The position numbers were made by a program, and so were the translations under genes. Source: Octopus sinensis (taxonomy: Eukaryota). From it: DNA of 8,191 nucleotides. Within the stretch, counting starts at the first letter, position 1. Every line of letters starts with the position of its first letter. A model generated the notes under the pieces. That model saw only the letters and a list, made by a program, of their open reading frames with translations, was not told where the DNA came from and searched no databases. This document shows positions 7,580 to 8,191 of the stretch, piece after piece. Location: the NCBI RefSeq assembly GCF_006345805.1, contig NW_021828502.1:1-8191 (forward strand), given 5' to 3'.

Positions 7580-7964
7580 GGCGCAGGAGTGGCTGTGTGG
7601 TAAGTAGCTTGCTTACCAACCACATGGTTCCGGGTTCAGTCCCACTGCGTGGCATCTTGGGCAAGTGTCTTCTGCTATAGCCCCGGGCCGACCAATGCCT
7701 TGTGAGTGAAAGAAGCCTGTCATATATATGTATATATATATATATGTGTCTGTGTTTGTCCCCCTAGCATTGCTTGACAACCGATGCTGGTGTGTTTACA
7801 TCCCCGTCACTTAGCGGCTCGGCAAAAGAGACCGATAGAATAAGTACTGGGTTTACAAAGAATAAGTCCCGGGGTCGATTTGCTCGACTAAAAGGCGGTG
7901 CTCCAGCATGGCCGCAGTCAAAATGACTGAAACAAGTAAAAAAGTAAAAAAGTAAAAAAAAGTA
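7580..7964 (+). mobile_element. tRNA-derived SINE, full length, octopus-type
   Basis: Pol III A box TGGCTGTGTGG (7590-7600) and B box GGTTCAGTCCC (7633-7643). Internal (TA)/(TG) microsatellite at 7722-7750. 3' stem-loop CAGTCA-AAA-TGACTG (7915-7929). Tail (A)nGT x4 (7934-7963). Flanked by TA repeats on both sides. Matches my recollection of a very abundant Octopus SINE; family name not assigned. Confidence 0.92.
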
Positions 7965-7971
7965 TATATAT

Positions 7972-8191
7972 AGCAACAGACCCAGGATGGACACCACCGG
8001 CAACAACGTACCTCCACTCTCGATGCTCCTACTGAACATCAGAGGACTGCTGCAAACACTCAGTAACAGGACAAAAATCCCGTTCCTGAGAGATTTTCTT
8101 GCATGCAATCAAGCCTTATGCATAGCACTAACGGAAACGCACCTGAAACCGGAATAGAGATGCAGAGAGTACACATACCACAGTATGCTGT
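7972..8191 (+). mobile_element. LINE family B, second copy, 5'-truncated, inverted relative to the first; runs off the window end
   Basis: Aligns at roughly 90% to the reverse complement of 5338-5555. ATG at 7987 gives MDTTGNNVPPLSMLLLNIRGLLQTLSNRTKIPFLRDFLACNQALCIALTETHLKPE, then TAG at 8155-8157 after an indel. Confidence 0.95.

Noticed and set aside
7580-7655. Possible tRNA gene
   Set aside because: A and B boxes are present, but I could not build a full cloverleaf, and the sequence continues into a SINE body and tail.
7764-8108. 114-aa minus-strand ORF
   Set aside because: Runs antisense across the SINE tail and the LINE fragment, so it is a chance chimera.
1-8191. Prokaryotic RT system (retron, group II intron, DGR) or LTR element
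   Set aside because: The RTs are linked to an APE endonuclease and tandem 3' tails, with no LTRs, integrase or bacterial gene context. Microsatellites and a SINE indicate an animal genome.

Overview
Eukaryotic, transposon-dense DNA with no recognisable host gene. It is probably octopus, judged only from the SINE, which I recall as an abundant octopus repeat. Left to right: (1) the 3' ~2.2 kb of a decayed APE-RT LINE (family A, +); (2) a ~275-bp TA-rich tract; (3) a near-complete decayed LINE of a different but related family (family B, -, 2494-~6404) with an open 302-codon ORF1 overlapping a broken APE+RT ORF2; (4) ~1.1 kb of purine-rich low-complexity DNA with local duplications and a CpG-richer tip; (5) a (TA)n tract; (6) a complete tRNA-derived SINE; (7) a 5'-truncated second family-B copy in inverted orientation running off the window end. 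Most notable: the SINE and both LINE families end in the same 3' architecture, GGYGGTG..C(A/T)TGGCC-[stem-loop]-AAAC-[tandem tail], suggesting a LINE/SINE partnership. LINE-B ORF1 appears to combine an N-terminal Myb/SANT-like (trihelix) domain with a CCCH finger. The ORF1/ORF2 overlap begins in a 56-nt hairpin containing a U_UUU_UUG heptamer. Nearly every element boundary sits in TA-rich microsatellite. Domain and clade calls are by eye and need HMM and phylogeny confirmation.
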